Below, one piece after another: positions 11,732-21,725 of a stretch of DNA of 64,000 nucleotides. Every line of letters begins with the position of its first letter. The stretch's first letter is position 1. Origin of the DNA: Alphaproteobacteria bacterium (lineage in GTDB: Bacteria; Pseudomonadota; Alphaproteobacteria; GCA-2731375). The stretch spans positions 160,001-224,000 of the forward strand of contig CBDDBZ010000035.1 of assembly GCA_965225945.1 (NCBI GenBank), read 5' to 3'. The notes beneath the pieces were generated by a model. It ran no database searches. It saw only the letters and a list, made by a program, of their open reading frames with translations, and had not been told where the DNA came from. A program made the position numbers and the translations under genes.

Positions 11732-11814
11732 CGCAGGCCCGCCAGTTTGACGGCTTGATATAACGGCGCTACATCCCGACGCAACCTGCGACGTTTCGAC
11801 GAGGGACATGCGCG

Positions 11815-13590
11815 ATGCCGTCTCCAACTCCGCGAGGGATGTGGCATCGGCTCGCCCGCCACGAGCAGATCGTGCTGACGGTGGTGGCCGTCGTCATCGG
11901 CGTCGTCGTCGCCTATGCGGCGCTGCTGTTCCGGACCTGGATCGACGCGGTGGAGTGGATCGGCTTCGGCGCCAGCGGCGAGGCGCTCTATCTCGCCGTC
12001 GCCGAATTGCCGTGGTGGCAGGTGGTGGGGGTGCCGACGCTGGGCGGCCTGATCGTCGGTCTCGTCCTCGAATACCTGATGCCCGGCAAGCGCACCAAGG
12101 CCGTCGCCGAGGTAATCGAGGCGAACGCCCTTCACGGCGGCCGCATGAACCTCCGGGAGGGTGCGGTTTCCGCCGTCGTCGCCGCGACCTCGCTCGGCGT
12201 CGGCGCCTCGGCCGGGCGGGAGGGACCGATGGTGCATTTCGGCGCCACGATCTCGTCGTGGATCGCCGAGCGCCTGCATCTGAGCCAGAACCTCTCGCGC
12301 ACGATCCTAGGCTGCGGCGTGGCGGCGGCGGTCTCCGCCTCCTTCAACGCGCCGATCGCCGGCGTCTTCTTCGCCCTCGAGGTGGTGATCGGGCACTACG
12401 CGCTGTCCGCCTTCACCCCGGTGGTGATCGCCAGCGTCGGCGCCACGCTGGTGGCCCGTGCCCATCTCGGCGAAACGCCGGCCTTCTTATTGCCCGAGAC
12501 CCAGATCACCTCGGTGCTGGAGTTCCCCGCCTTCTTTCTTCTCGGCATCGTCTCGGCGCTGATCGCCATCGCCTTCATGTGGTCCATCATGAAGGCGGAA
12601 GAAATCGTCGAGAGCGTGCCGCTCCCCGACTGGTCGAAGCCGGTCGGCGGCGGCCTGCTACTCGGCCTGGTGGCGCTGGCGTTTCCCCAGATCCTGGGCG
12701 TCGGCTACGGGCCGACCGACGCGGCGCTGCACGGCAGCTTTCCCCTGAGCTTGCTGCTGGCGCTGATCGCGATCAAGACCATCATGACGGCGGTGACGCT
12801 CGGCTGTCGCTTCGGCGGCGGGGTGTTCTCGCCGGCGCTCTACATCGGCGCGATGACCGGCGGCGCGTTCGGCCTGATCGCCGCCGCGACCTTCCCCGAC
12901 CTCGCCTCCACGCACGGCGACTATGCCATCGTCGGCATGGCAGCGGTCGCCGCCGCCGTGCTGGGGGCGCCGATCTCCACCATCCTGATCGTCTTCGAGC
13001 TGACCGGCGACTACAAGATCACCATCGCGGTGATGGTGGCGACCGCGATCGCCTCGCTGGTGGTGCGCCAGCTCCTCGGCACCAGCTTCTTCCATTGGCA
13101 ACTGGAACGCCGCGGCCTGGACCTGCGCGGCGGACGGGCCCGCCATCTGCTGCAGTCGCTCCAGGTCGAGGACATGCTCTCCCGCCAGTGCCACATCGTC
13201 ACCGAGGACACCAGCGTCGGCGAGATCAAGCGCCTGCTGGCGGCGCACCCGGACTCCGAGTTCGTGGTCACCGACGAGGCCGGGCGCCTGGTCGGCACCT
13301 TCGGTTTCCACGAGTTGAAGGACGTCGTCTTCGATTCCACCCTCGACAGCCTGGTCAATGCCCGCGACGTGGTCCGCGGTAGCCCCACCTCGGTGGTCCC
13401 GAGCGACACGTTGGAGCACGCGCTGGCGCTGATGGACCTCGGCGGCGCTGAGCAGTTGGCGGTCGTGGTCGGGCCGGAGGATCGCCGCGTGCTGGGCGTG
13501 GTGCGGCACAAGGACGTGCTCAGGGCCCTCAACCGCGCGCTCCTCGACGTCGAGGCCGAGGAACACGGTGGCCAGGCTCGCCCGCGTTGA
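11815..13590 (+). CDS. CLC/EriC chloride channel protein with C-terminal CBS pair
   Basis: GREGP and GGVFSPAL motifs, many TM helices, CBS-like tail. Confidence 0.92.
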   Translation: MPSPTPRGMWHRLARHEQIVLTVVAVVIGVVVAYAALLFRTWIDAVEWIGFGASGEALYLAVAELPWWQVVGVPTLGGLIVGLVLEYLMPGKRTKAVAEVIEANALHGGRMNLREGAVSAVVAATSLGVGASAGREGPMVHFGATISSWIAERLHLSQNLSRTILGCGVAAAVSASFNAPIAGVFFALEVVIGHYALSAFTPVVIASVGATLVARAHLGETPAFLLPETQITSVLEFPAFFLLGIVSALIAIAFMWSIMKAEEIVESVPLPDWSKPVGGGLLLGLVALAFPQILGVGYGPTDAALHGSFPLSLLLALIAIKTIMTAVTLGCRFGGGVFSPALYIGAMTGGAFGLIAAATFPDLASTHGDYAIVGMAAVAAAVLGAPISTILIVFELTGDYKITIAVMVATAIASLVVRQLLGTSFFHWQLERRGLDLRGGRARHLLQSLQVEDMLSRQCHIVTEDTSVGEIKRLLAAHPDSEFVVTDEAGRLVGTFGFHELKDVVFDSTLDSLVNARDVVRGSPTSVVPSDTLEHALALMDLGGAEQLAVVVGPEDRRVLGVVRHKDVLRALNRALLDVEAEEHGGQARPR

Positions 13591-13634
13591 GGGCGCTCGG
13601 GGTCTTCGACACCCACCACTCGCGCGGCGCGCCG

Positions 13635-13738
13635 GAATTACGGTGAGAATTACGGTAACATTAGAATTACGGTGACATTGCAATTTATTGCAATGCTGGT
13701 TAAGTGCACTGTCACCGTAATTCGTGCCACCGTAATTC
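13635..13738. repeat. Cluster of GAATTACGGT(G) REP-like units, three direct and two inverted
   Basis: gaattacggt at 13635, 13647 and 13664; caccgtaattc ending at 13723 and 13738. Confidence 0.85.
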
Positions 13739-14386
13739 GTGCGCTACGCCTCGCTCTTCTTCGGCTTCTTCGAGGATCGCGAGCGGACCCTCGCGATGGC
13801 CCAGGCGTCTGCGGAGCATGCCGTTTCACTCGACCGCGACGATGCAAACGCGCGCATGGTCCTCGGCCGGATCCTGGCCTATCGGGGCGAGATCGAGGCG
13901 GCGGTGAGCGAGTTGGAGACCGCCATCCGGATCAATCCGCACTTCGCGCGGGCCTATCACGGGCTCGCCTATGCAATCGGTTTCTGCCAGGGCGAGGCGG
14001 AGGCGGGGCTCGCCCATTACGAAACGGCGTTGCGTCTGAGCCCGCGCGATCCCTGGCGCTGGATCTCGTTGATGATGAAGGGCACGATGCTCTGCCGCCT
14101 CGGCCGCTACGAGGAAGCGGTGACCAGCTGCCGCGAGGCGAGCCGCTTTCCCGATTCCGGTCCTCTGCCGCAAATGTTCCTGGCCGAGGCGCTCGGCCAT
14201 GCGGGGCGGGTGCCGGAGGCCCGCGAGGCCCTAGCGCGCGCCATAGCGCTCAACCCGAAGCTCTCCGCCGCCTTCGTCCGCGAGCATTGGCCGACCTCGG
14301 ACGAGTCCGTCGTCGAAGGCCTGATCGCGGGCCTCAGGCGGGCCGGTCTGCCGGATGAACCAATAGCGGTGGTCAAAGAAAGCTGA
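13739..14386 (+). pseudogene. C-terminal TPR fragment of a cyclase-TolB-TPR-type protein; 5' part lost at the repeat cluster
   Basis: TPR pattern (AIRINPHFARAY, ALRLSPRDP) and the GLRRAGLP ending typical of this family; no N-terminal domains. Confidence 0.65.
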
Positions 14387-14474
14387 TTTCCTTTCTTTAG
14401 GCAATTTTCGAAAGGGCCATTTCGATAAAGAGCCGACGGACAAAATGGGTCACAAGGACTCTGTTAGTATTTTC

Positions 14475-15697
14475 CATGGTACACGACGGCATTTACGTAG
14501 GACGTTGAAAAGGTTGTAGGATTCCCGATTCACTCCACGACGAGTCAAGAGGGAAATCATGCGAGACAACCCGATCAACGCCCTGCGTGAGACGCTACGA
14601 TGCGGCTTCGCCTTTCGCAAGAGCCGTCTGGAGAGCCTTTGCGTCTTGGTCTTCGGCGTGTTCGTCGCCCGGACGGTGAACCTCTCTCACTTGGCCTGCC
14701 ACTTTCCGGGGCGCGCGCGATCCAGCTCCAACTATCGGCGCCTGCAACGGTTTTTCGAGCAAGTCGATTTCGATTACGATCGCCTCGCCGAGTTCCTGGT
14801 CGCGATGATGGGGCTCCAGGCGGGGCCGTGGCGGCTGACCATGGACCGGACCAACTGGCGGCTGGGTCGCCGCGACGTCAACATCTTGATGATCGGCATC
14901 GTCAACCGCGCCATCGCCATTCCCGTGTGCTGGCGGGTGCTCGACAAGGCGGGCAATTCCAATACCAAGGAGCGGATCGCGATCCTCGAACACGTCCTCC
15001 GGCTCTTCGGGGTCGACAAGATCGCCAGCCTCCTGGCCGACCGGGAATTCATCGGCGACGCCTGGCTGGCATGGTTGCAGGAAAAGGCCATCCCCTTTCA
15101 CATCCGCATCCGATCCAACATCAAGATCGCCAACACGCGTGGTCGCATGGTCAAGGCGAGGGAGCTGTTTCGCGACCTCAAACCCGGGGAAAGCCGCATC
15201 CTCTCCAACGCCAGGCGCCTCTCGGAGGCCAGAAAACCCAAGGCCAGGCCCGTCTTCGTCGCCGCGCTCCATCTCAAGACCGGCGAACTGTTGATCGTCG
15301 TGACCAACGACGCGCCCGAGGAGGCCTTGGCCATCTACGCCCAGCGCTGGCAAATCGAGACCCTCTTCGCCGCCTTGAAAACCCGTGGCTTCAACCTCGA
15401 AGACACCCACATGACCGACCCGGAGCGCATCTCCAAGCTCACCGCCGTCCTTTCCATCACCTTCTGCTGGGCGCACAAAGTCGGCGATTGGCTCCACGAG
15501 GCCGAGCCGATCCGCCTCAAAACCCACAAAAGGATGGCAAAATCCATCTTCCGATACGGTTTCGAGTGGATAAGGCGACAGCTCGTCAATCCTATCGACA
15601 GGCGTCAAGCCATTGAGCTGATTCGTTTCCTCGTCCCCGGAAAACCACCAGTCCAGGTGCCCAGGCCAAAGCCAGCATGAACGAGTCGTGTACTGTG
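14475..15697 (+). mobile_element. IS4-family (IS10/ISAba1-like) insertion sequence, 1223 bp
   Basis: Imperfect TIRs catggtacacgac / gtcgtgtactgtg; 9-bp TSD agtattttc at 14466-14474 and 15698-15706. Confidence 0.92.
14559..15680 (+). CDS. IS4-family DDE transposase
   Basis: MDRTNW, LADREF and YAQRWQIETLF (YREK-like) motifs. Confidence 0.93.
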   Translation: MRDNPINALRETLRCGFAFRKSRLESLCVLVFGVFVARTVNLSHLACHFPGRARSSSNYRRLQRFFEQVDFDYDRLAEFLVAMMGLQAGPWRLTMDRTNWRLGRRDVNILMIGIVNRAIAIPVCWRVLDKAGNSNTKERIAILEHVLRLFGVDKIASLLADREFIGDAWLAWLQEKAIPFHIRIRSNIKIANTRGRMVKARELFRDLKPGESRILSNARRLSEARKPKARPVFVAALHLKTGELLIVVTNDAPEEALAIYAQRWQIETLFAALKTRGFNLEDTHMTDPERISKLTAVLSITFCWAHKVGDWLHEAEPIRLKTHKRMAKSIFRYGFEWIRRQLVNPIDRRQAIELIRFLVPGKPPVQVPRPKPA

Positions 15698-15913
15698 AGT
15701 ATTTTCTAATTTTACAGGGAGTCTCGGGGGCACACCAGACGTGAAACCAGCGAAGGCCGACGTTCAGCCTTTGGCTCGTGCCGCATGTGGCCGTTCACGC
15801 TCCGCCACGCTCTCCGACATGCTCCGCTCGACCCTCTGTCCGACACTCGTCCCGGCCCCGCGCTCGCCGACGTCACCGGCCCGACCGAGTGATCGGCGGC
15901 GACATGGCCGGCT

Positions 15914-16212
15914 CTACTGCTGGATCCCTTGGCCGCCGTCGAGGTAGATGGTCTCGCCGGTGAGGAAGGGCAGGTCCTCGTCGAACAGCACGCTGACCAG
16001 GCGGGCGACCTCCGCCGCGTCGCTCGGCCCGCCGGTCGGGATGCGCTGGGCGAGGAAGCGGTTGAAGCTCTCGTCCTCCCGGTAGCGGGCGTTGAGGTTG
16101 GTCACGACATAGCCGGGCGCCACGTCCAGGACCCGGATCCGGCACTTTCCACCGCCAGCGCCCGCGTCAAGCCCGCCCCGCCGGTGACGGCCACGGCGCC
16201 CTTGGATGTCAC
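15914..16212 (-). pseudogene. SDR oxidoreductase with large internal deletion
   Basis: MTSKGAVAVTGG is fused directly to GLTRALAVE, followed by a frameshift to VAPGY...TGETIYLDGG. Confidence 0.7.
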
Positions 16213-16213
16213 G

Positions 16214-16981
16214 TCAGCGGTCCTTGAAATCGGCCTGGCGTTTCTCCAGGAAGGCGGCCGTGCCTTCCGCCGCGTCCTCGGTCTGGAAGGCCAGCGTGTT
16301 GAGATCGGCCTCGATCGCGAAGCCCTCGGCGAGCGTCGTCGTGCCGGCGCGGCGCACCGCCTCGCGGGCGAAACGCAGTGCCGGCAGGCCGAAAGTGGTG
16401 AACTGGCGCATAAAGTCCTTGGCCTCCTCCAGGCCAGTGTCCCCGAGGATACGGCTGACGAGACCGATGCTCAGCGCCTCCTCGGCCTCGACCATGCGCC
16501 CGCTCATTATCAGTTCCAGCGCCCGGGTCTCGCCGACGATGCGCGGCAGGCGCTGCGTCCCGCCGTAGCCCGGGATCAGGCCGAGCTTGATTTCCGGCAG
16601 GCCGAGCCGGGCCTCGGGGACGCAGACCCGGAAGGTGCAGGCCATCGCCAGCTCCAGCCCGCCGCCCAGCGCATAGCCGTTGATCAGCGCGAGCGAGGGG
16701 ATGCGCAGCGAGTCGAGCTTGGCGAAGCTGCGCTGGCCCCGCTCGGCGCCCGCCTTCTCCTGCTCGATCGTCCGGCCCATCAGCTCCGAGATGTCGGCGC
16801 CGGCGCAGAACGCCCGATTCCCCGCCCCGGTGACGATGAGCGCGCGGGCATCGCTCGCCGCCGCCTCGTCGATATAGCCCTCGATCGCCGCCACCACCTC
16901 GAAGCTGAGGGCGTTCAGCGCCTCCGGCCGGTCGAGGGTGATCAGCGCGAATTCGTCCTCGCGGGTGAAATGCGTGGCCAT
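16214..16981 (-). CDS. Enoyl-CoA hydratase/isomerase family protein
   Basis: FCAGADI, GGGLELA and PEIKLGLIPGYGGTQRL motifs. Confidence 0.93.
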   Translation of the reverse strand: MATHFTREDEFALITLDRPEALNALSFEVVAAIEGYIDEAAASDARALIVTGAGNRAFCAGADISELMGRTIEQEKAGAERGQRSFAKLDSLRIPSLALINGYALGGGLELAMACTFRVCVPEARLGLPEIKLGLIPGYGGTQRLPRIVGETRALELIMSGRMVEAEEALSIGLVSRILGDTGLEEAKDFMRQFTTFGLPALRFAREAVRRAGTTTLAEGFAIEADLNTLAFQTEDAAEGTAAFLEKRQADFKDR

Positions 16982-16991
16982 GTCCCCTCTC

Positions 16992-17137
16992 CTAGAGCAG
17001 CATCCGTCAGTTGGAATCGCTTTCAGCGATCCAACTGGCGGATAAAGCTGCTCTATCTTTTTGAAGAATAGAGCAATATCCGAACGGATTTAACGGATTT
17101 AACCGCACCGGTTCAATCCGTTCGGATATTGCTCTAG
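16992..17137. repeat. Double-hairpin intergenic mosaic element with CTAGAGC...GCTCTAG ends (RIME-like)
   Basis: Hairpins tagagcagc...gctgctcta and tagagcaatatccgaacgga...tccgttcggatattgctcta. Confidence 0.85.
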
Positions 17138-17150
17138 GCGCGCCGTTCCC

Positions 17151-17825
17151 TCACCTGCCGCCGGCGGTCTTGCCGTAGCGATAGCGATAGAGGCCTCGGT
17201 CCATGCGGCCTCGCGCCCCGCGTTGCTTCAGCGCGGCGGGCGAGAGCACCTCGGCGAGCGCGCCGGCCACCACCTTTTCGTCGGCGCCGTCGAGCAGCAC
17301 GGCCCAGAGGCCGTCCTCGGCGTTTGCCCGGGCCGCGCCCCGGCCGCTGCCGACGGGACCTGTGAGCTCCACCGCCTCCAGGAATTCGGCCCGGACCATG
17401 CCCCCCCGCTTGACCACGGCGCGGAGCGCCGGGCCCGAAAGCCAGCGCGCGAGCTCGGGCCCGCCCGCGGCCGGCGGCGTCATGCGCAAGCTGGCGACCA
17501 CGCCGCCCCGCCCCTCGCCTTCGCGCGCGCGGACCTGGAAGACGCCCCGCGTGGTGTTCTGGAATTGCCGCGTCACCCGCTTGGTCCAGCCGGTCGGCGC
17601 CTCGGAGACCTCGCGGTAGGGCTTGCTCGAGAGCACTTGCGGCGTCCGCGTCTCGTAGAGCGCCAGGTAGCGCGGCCGGCCGCGGATCGCCGCATAACGA
17701 TGGCCCGAGAGAAAGCCCTTGATCGCCGCCCGCTCGTTGACGTGTTCGCGGTTGTACCACTCCTCGAAGTCGTCCTCGCCGGCCGGAGCGACGTCCGTCC
17801 AGACCACCAGCATGCCTTCCGCCAT
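17151..17825 (-). CDS. Hypothetical dimeric alpha-beta barrel protein (DUF4286/EthD-like)
   Basis: FEEWYNREHVNER and YLALYE motifs; SD GGAGGGG upstream. Confidence 0.65.
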   Translation of the reverse strand: MAEGMLVVWTDVAPAGEDDFEEWYNREHVNERAAIKGFLSGHRYAAIRGRPRYLALYETRTPQVLSSKPYREVSEAPTGWTKRVTRQFQNTTRGVFQVRAREGEGRGGVVASLRMTPPAAGGPELARWLSGPALRAVVKRGGMVRAEFLEAVELTGPVGSGRGAARANAEDGLWAVLLDGADEKVVAGALAEVLSPAALKQRGARGRMDRGLYRYRYGKTAGGR

Positions 17826-17938
17826 GTCCCCCTCCCTCTCTTCGCGCCGAGCCTAAACCAGGCCCGCGCGCGCGCGCCACTTTGCCGGCTCCGGGCGCGC
17901 GGTTAAGGTTGTCGTCGAACGGAGAGGGGACCCGGGAT

Positions 17939-18706
17939 ATGGACGGCGCCTATCGGCTCGACGGCAGAAGTGCCGTGGTGATCTCCGCCGCCAACGGCAT
18001 CGGCCGGGCCTGCGCCATCGCCTTCGCCGCCGCCGGCGCCCGGGTGATCGCGGCCGACCTCGACGAGGCGAACGCCGAGGTCACGGCCGAGCTGATCCGG
18101 GCCGAGGGGGGCGCGGCCGTGGCGCACCGCGTCGATGCCCGCTCGCCCGAGGATCTGGAGGCCCTGGTGGCGCGGGCCAGGGAGGCCCACGGCGGCCTCG
18201 ACGTCCTGCTTTATGGCGCGGCGATGCACGATGTGTCGGGCACCGTGCTCGACATCACGCCAGAACATTGGGACGAGGTCCTGCGGGTCAACCTGACCGG
18301 CGCCTTTCTCGCCTGCCGGGCGGCGTTGCCGGCGATGATCGAAGGCGGTGGCGGCTCCATCGTCCTGATCGCCTCGCAATTGGGCTCCGTCGCCGCGCCG
18401 GCCCGGGCGGGCTACTGCGCCTCCAAGGGCGGGCTAATCCAGTTCGCCAAGGTCGTCGCGGCCGATCACGCGGCCCAGAGCGTGCGGGTCAACACGCTCT
18501 CCCCGGGCGCGGTCGAGACCGATCGGTTGACGCGGCGCTTCGGCGACATGGGCGCGGCCCGCGCCGCGCTCGGCGCCAAGCACCTGCTGGGTCGGCTCGG
18601 CCTGCCGGTCGAGATCGCGCATGCCGCGCTGTTCCTCGCCAGCGATGCCTCGAGTTTCATGACCGGCGCCGACCTGGTCGTCGACGGCGGCTACACCGCC
18701 ACCTGA
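17939..18706 (+). CDS. SDR family oxidoreductase
   Basis: SAANGIG, YCASKGG and TGADLVVDGG motifs. Confidence 0.9.
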   Translation: MDGAYRLDGRSAVVISAANGIGRACAIAFAAAGARVIAADLDEANAEVTAELIRAEGGAAVAHRVDARSPEDLEALVARAREAHGGLDVLLYGAAMHDVSGTVLDITPEHWDEVLRVNLTGAFLACRAALPAMIEGGGGSIVLIASQLGSVAAPARAGYCASKGGLIQFAKVVAADHAAQSVRVNTLSPGAVETDRLTRRFGDMGAARAALGAKHLLGRLGLPVEIAHAALFLASDASSFMTGADLVVDGGYTAT

Positions 18707-18748
18707 CGTCGTTCGCTTCGGAGATTACCTCGAACAAGAAGCACGGGA

Positions 18749-18793
18749 ATGGCCACGATCGGTTTCGTCGGTGTCGGAGTCATGGGTGTCCCG
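18749..18793 (+). pseudogene. N-terminal stub of a 3-hydroxyisobutyrate dehydrogenase-like NAD(P) oxidoreductase
   Basis: MATIGFVGVGVMG Rossmann start directly after the SDR, then loss of similarity. Confidence 0.5.
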
Positions 18794-18807
18794 CCGTCGC
18801 GTGACGT

Positions 18808-20112
18808 TCAGGCGAGTGCGTCCAGGACCGCTTGCGGACTCACGTGGTTCTGGTCGATGTGAAGGGCGGCGTTGCCTTCGGTCACACGATAGAGGTCGAT
18901 CACCGGCGCGCCCGCCGCCGCCGTCACCTCCCGCACGATCGCCGGAAAGGCATCCCGGATGCGGTCGAACAGTGCCCGATTGGCATCCGGGATCAGCCCT
19001 TCCCGGACGTGCGATTTAGGGAAGGTGATGAAGAATGGTCGCCAGCTCCGCGCCGCCGCTCTCGCCAGCACCCATTCGCCGTAGGCTCTGGCCAACCGGT
19101 CGATCTCCTCGTCCGCGTCGACCTCCAGATGGCGGCGGACATGGGCCAAAACACCCGTCGTATAGCGGCAATCGAGCTCGCCCAAGCAGAAAGCGACGTC
19201 GGCGCGCTCGGGGATGGCGCACGCCACCGTCTCAAAGGCGGCCTTGTAGTTGTTCTCTCCCGGTCCGGTCAGGTGCCAGGCCTTGCAACCGAATACCAGG
19301 CGAGTCGCGAGGCGGCGGTTCACGCCGCCGACGGGCGCCACCAGATTGGCCGTCGTCAGGCAGTGGCTGTCGCCAACGACATAGAGGGGCTCCGGCGCGC
19401 CGTCCGAGACGTAGACGGCCGCGTTGTCGCGACGCCACGCGAGCAATCCCGTCAGAAGGTTGACGTAGTGCCGCCAGACATCCCGGTTTGGTGCCTTCTC
19501 CACTTGGTCGAGCAGGTCGCGAGCGAGGGCCGTTCGCGGCGCGCAGGCCTCGGTGTCACCCTGAATCCAATCGACGATCGCCGGCAAGGTCGCCTCGCCG
19601 AGCCTCTGACCGGGATCGATTTCCGCCGGCGGCGCCCTCAAGCTCGCGATGTCGTCTAGCGCGAAGAGCACGAAGGCGTAAGCGTTGTACGGGTCTGCAG
19701 CGCCGCCAGCCCGGGCGACGGCGAGGTGGCCTCGGGCTTCCGCGAGCTGGCCGCGCTGAAATAGCGTCATGCCGAGGGCCTGATTGGCGCTCGGATCCTC
19801 GGGTCCCGTCGCCACCGCTTCTCGATAGGCCGCTTCGGCTTCCTCGTCGCGGCCGAGCCGTTTGAGCACGATGCCGATGTTCAGACGGATGCGAGGATCG
19901 GCCGGGGCCAGCTCGGCGGCCTCGCGATAATACGAAAGCGCCGTGTCCAACCTTTGAATCCGCATGTGCAGCTCGCCCGCGAACAGGCGCGCCTGAACGC
20001 TTTCGGGCGCCAATTCGCAGGCCCGTCCCGCCAGCTCCATGGCGCCGCGAACGTCGCCGTTTCGAGCCAGCGTTATCGCCTGGCGGATCAGGTGTACTTC
20101 GTCGGCTTGCAT
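18808..20112 (-). CDS. TPR protein with C-terminal SGNH-like domain
   Basis: N-terminal TPRs; VVGDSH and DQNH motifs. Confidence 0.7.
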   Translation of the reverse strand: MQADEVHLIRQAITLARNGDVRGAMELAGRACELAPESVQARLFAGELHMRIQRLDTALSYYREAAELAPADPRIRLNIGIVLKRLGRDEEAEAAYREAVATGPEDPSANQALGMTLFQRGQLAEARGHLAVARAGGAADPYNAYAFVLFALDDIASLRAPPAEIDPGQRLGEATLPAIVDWIQGDTEACAPRTALARDLLDQVEKAPNRDVWRHYVNLLTGLLAWRRDNAAVYVSDGAPEPLYVVGDSHCLTTANLVAPVGGVNRRLATRLVFGCKAWHLTGPGENNYKAAFETVACAIPERADVAFCLGELDCRYTTGVLAHVRRHLEVDADEEIDRLARAYGEWVLARAAARSWRPFFITFPKSHVREGLIPDANRALFDRIRDAFPAIVREVTAAAGAPVIDLYRVTEGNAALHIDQNHVSPQAVLDALA

Positions 20113-20115
20113 CGC

Positions 20116-21670
20116 TCAGCCCGCGTCCTGCCGTCTGCCATAGAGCATGGTGATGTTGATGCGGCGACTCTCGTAGCCGGGCCGAAAGCGGACCGGTTGC
20201 GTCTCGTGTAACAGATCAGAGTTGAAGATCGCGACCCGGTTTTCGCGGTAGGAGATGAAAATCGGTTTCGCGCCCGTTTCGGTGATGAAGCGCCGGGATG
20301 CCTCGATATCGTTGTTGTAGGCCTCGAAGTCCCAATCCGCCGGCGCCTCGTGGTCCCAGATTGTGAGCCCGCCGCTCTCCGCATCCAGATTGGCATCGTC
20401 CGGCGTGATCCAGAAATTCACGTTCGCGGCCGCGAAATCGGCGTGAAGTGGCACGCCGTCGGCGTGGTCGTCACACTTGAACGCCCACGTCTTGCGCAGG
20501 AGGTGGTGGCGAAAGATCGCCGGAAAGGTGGACCGCAACGCCTCGGCGACCTGTGCCAGCAGCGGGCAGGTAAAGCCGTCCTGCATGAAGGCACCGAGGT
20601 AGCCATTGGCATAACGAAACTCGTGCCAGATGGTCGATTCCAGACAAAATCGCCGAAGCTCGCGCAGCGCCTCGGGGCGCAGCAGGCTGTCGATGGCGAC
20701 GATACCCGGACCGCTCTCCGCGTAGCGGGCTTCGATCTCCGAGACGTCCAAGCTCTTGTTCAGCACATCCTCGGAACTACGCGTGGGCGCGTACTTGTGC
20801 CACGCGCGATTGTAGGTTTGGAGGATCGGGTCGTCGACCTCCGCCGCCACCGGCACCATGTGTTCCCCCACCGCCGCGGTCTCTATCCGCTGCAAGGCCG
20901 CGCGATGCGCCTCGACGCGCCAGCCCGCGGACGACTCGATCCGTCCCTTCTGGCGCAGGTGTTCGAATTGTTCGATGTCGTGGCGGAGCTTGCCGACGGT
21001 CGTCAGGACGGCCAGTCGGTCGTTCGAGTCGAGCGGCGCATCGGGCCCCCGGCGCAGTGCGTTGCCCTCCTCGTAGGCGGCGAAGGCGCCGTCGGTATCG
21101 CCGAGTTCGATCAGGGTATTGCCGAGGTTGACATGCGCCGGGCGCAGCCCCGGCTTGCACGCGATCGCCTCGCGATAGGCCACCGTCGCGGCCTCGTAGC
21201 GGTTCGCGTCCTTGAGGGCGTTGGCTAGGTTGTAGTGGGCCTCGGCCCACGCCGGGGCCAGCCCGACGGCGCGTTCCAGCGGTGTGATCGCGGCTTCCGG
21301 CGCGCCGGAGCTGGCCAGCGTCGAGCCTAGGTCGGCGAGCGCGCCCGGATCCTCCGGCCGGAGTTCGACCAGACGATGCAGGCGCTCCAGCGCTTCCTCG
21401 ACGGCGCCTTCCCGCAGCAGTGCATCGGCCAGCATGGCCAGGGCCTCGGCGTCGTCGGGGCGCAATTCGATGCAATTCGATGCATCGCCTGAGTTAGCTG
21501 ATCGCCTCGTCCGTCCGGCCGAGGCGCAGCAGGGCGGTCGCCAGCAGACTGCGGCATTCGCCGTCGTCGCCTTGCGCGAGGACGCTTTGGGCCAGGCGCA
21601 AGGCGGTCTCGGCGTTCCCCTTGCCGAGATGCATCGCCGCCGCGCGGCGTAGCTTGTCCAGCGTGCTCAC
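20116..21670 (-). pseudogene. TPR protein with C-terminal 2OG-Fe(II) oxygenase-like domain; 5' end disrupted
   Basis: TPRs; HAD, LLHET and RRIN motifs; TAA at 21494-21496 and a 10-bp duplication at 21462-21481 break the frame from GTG 21670. Confidence 0.7.
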
Positions 21671-21725
21671 GTCGCGGCTGTCCGGACCGACGAGGGCATC
21701 GATTTACGCCCGCTTGCGGGCCGCA

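Noticed and set aside
13635-13738. Possible CRISPR array
   Set aside because: Units are about 10-13 bp, in mixed orientation, with no regular 30-40 bp spacers and no cas genes in the window
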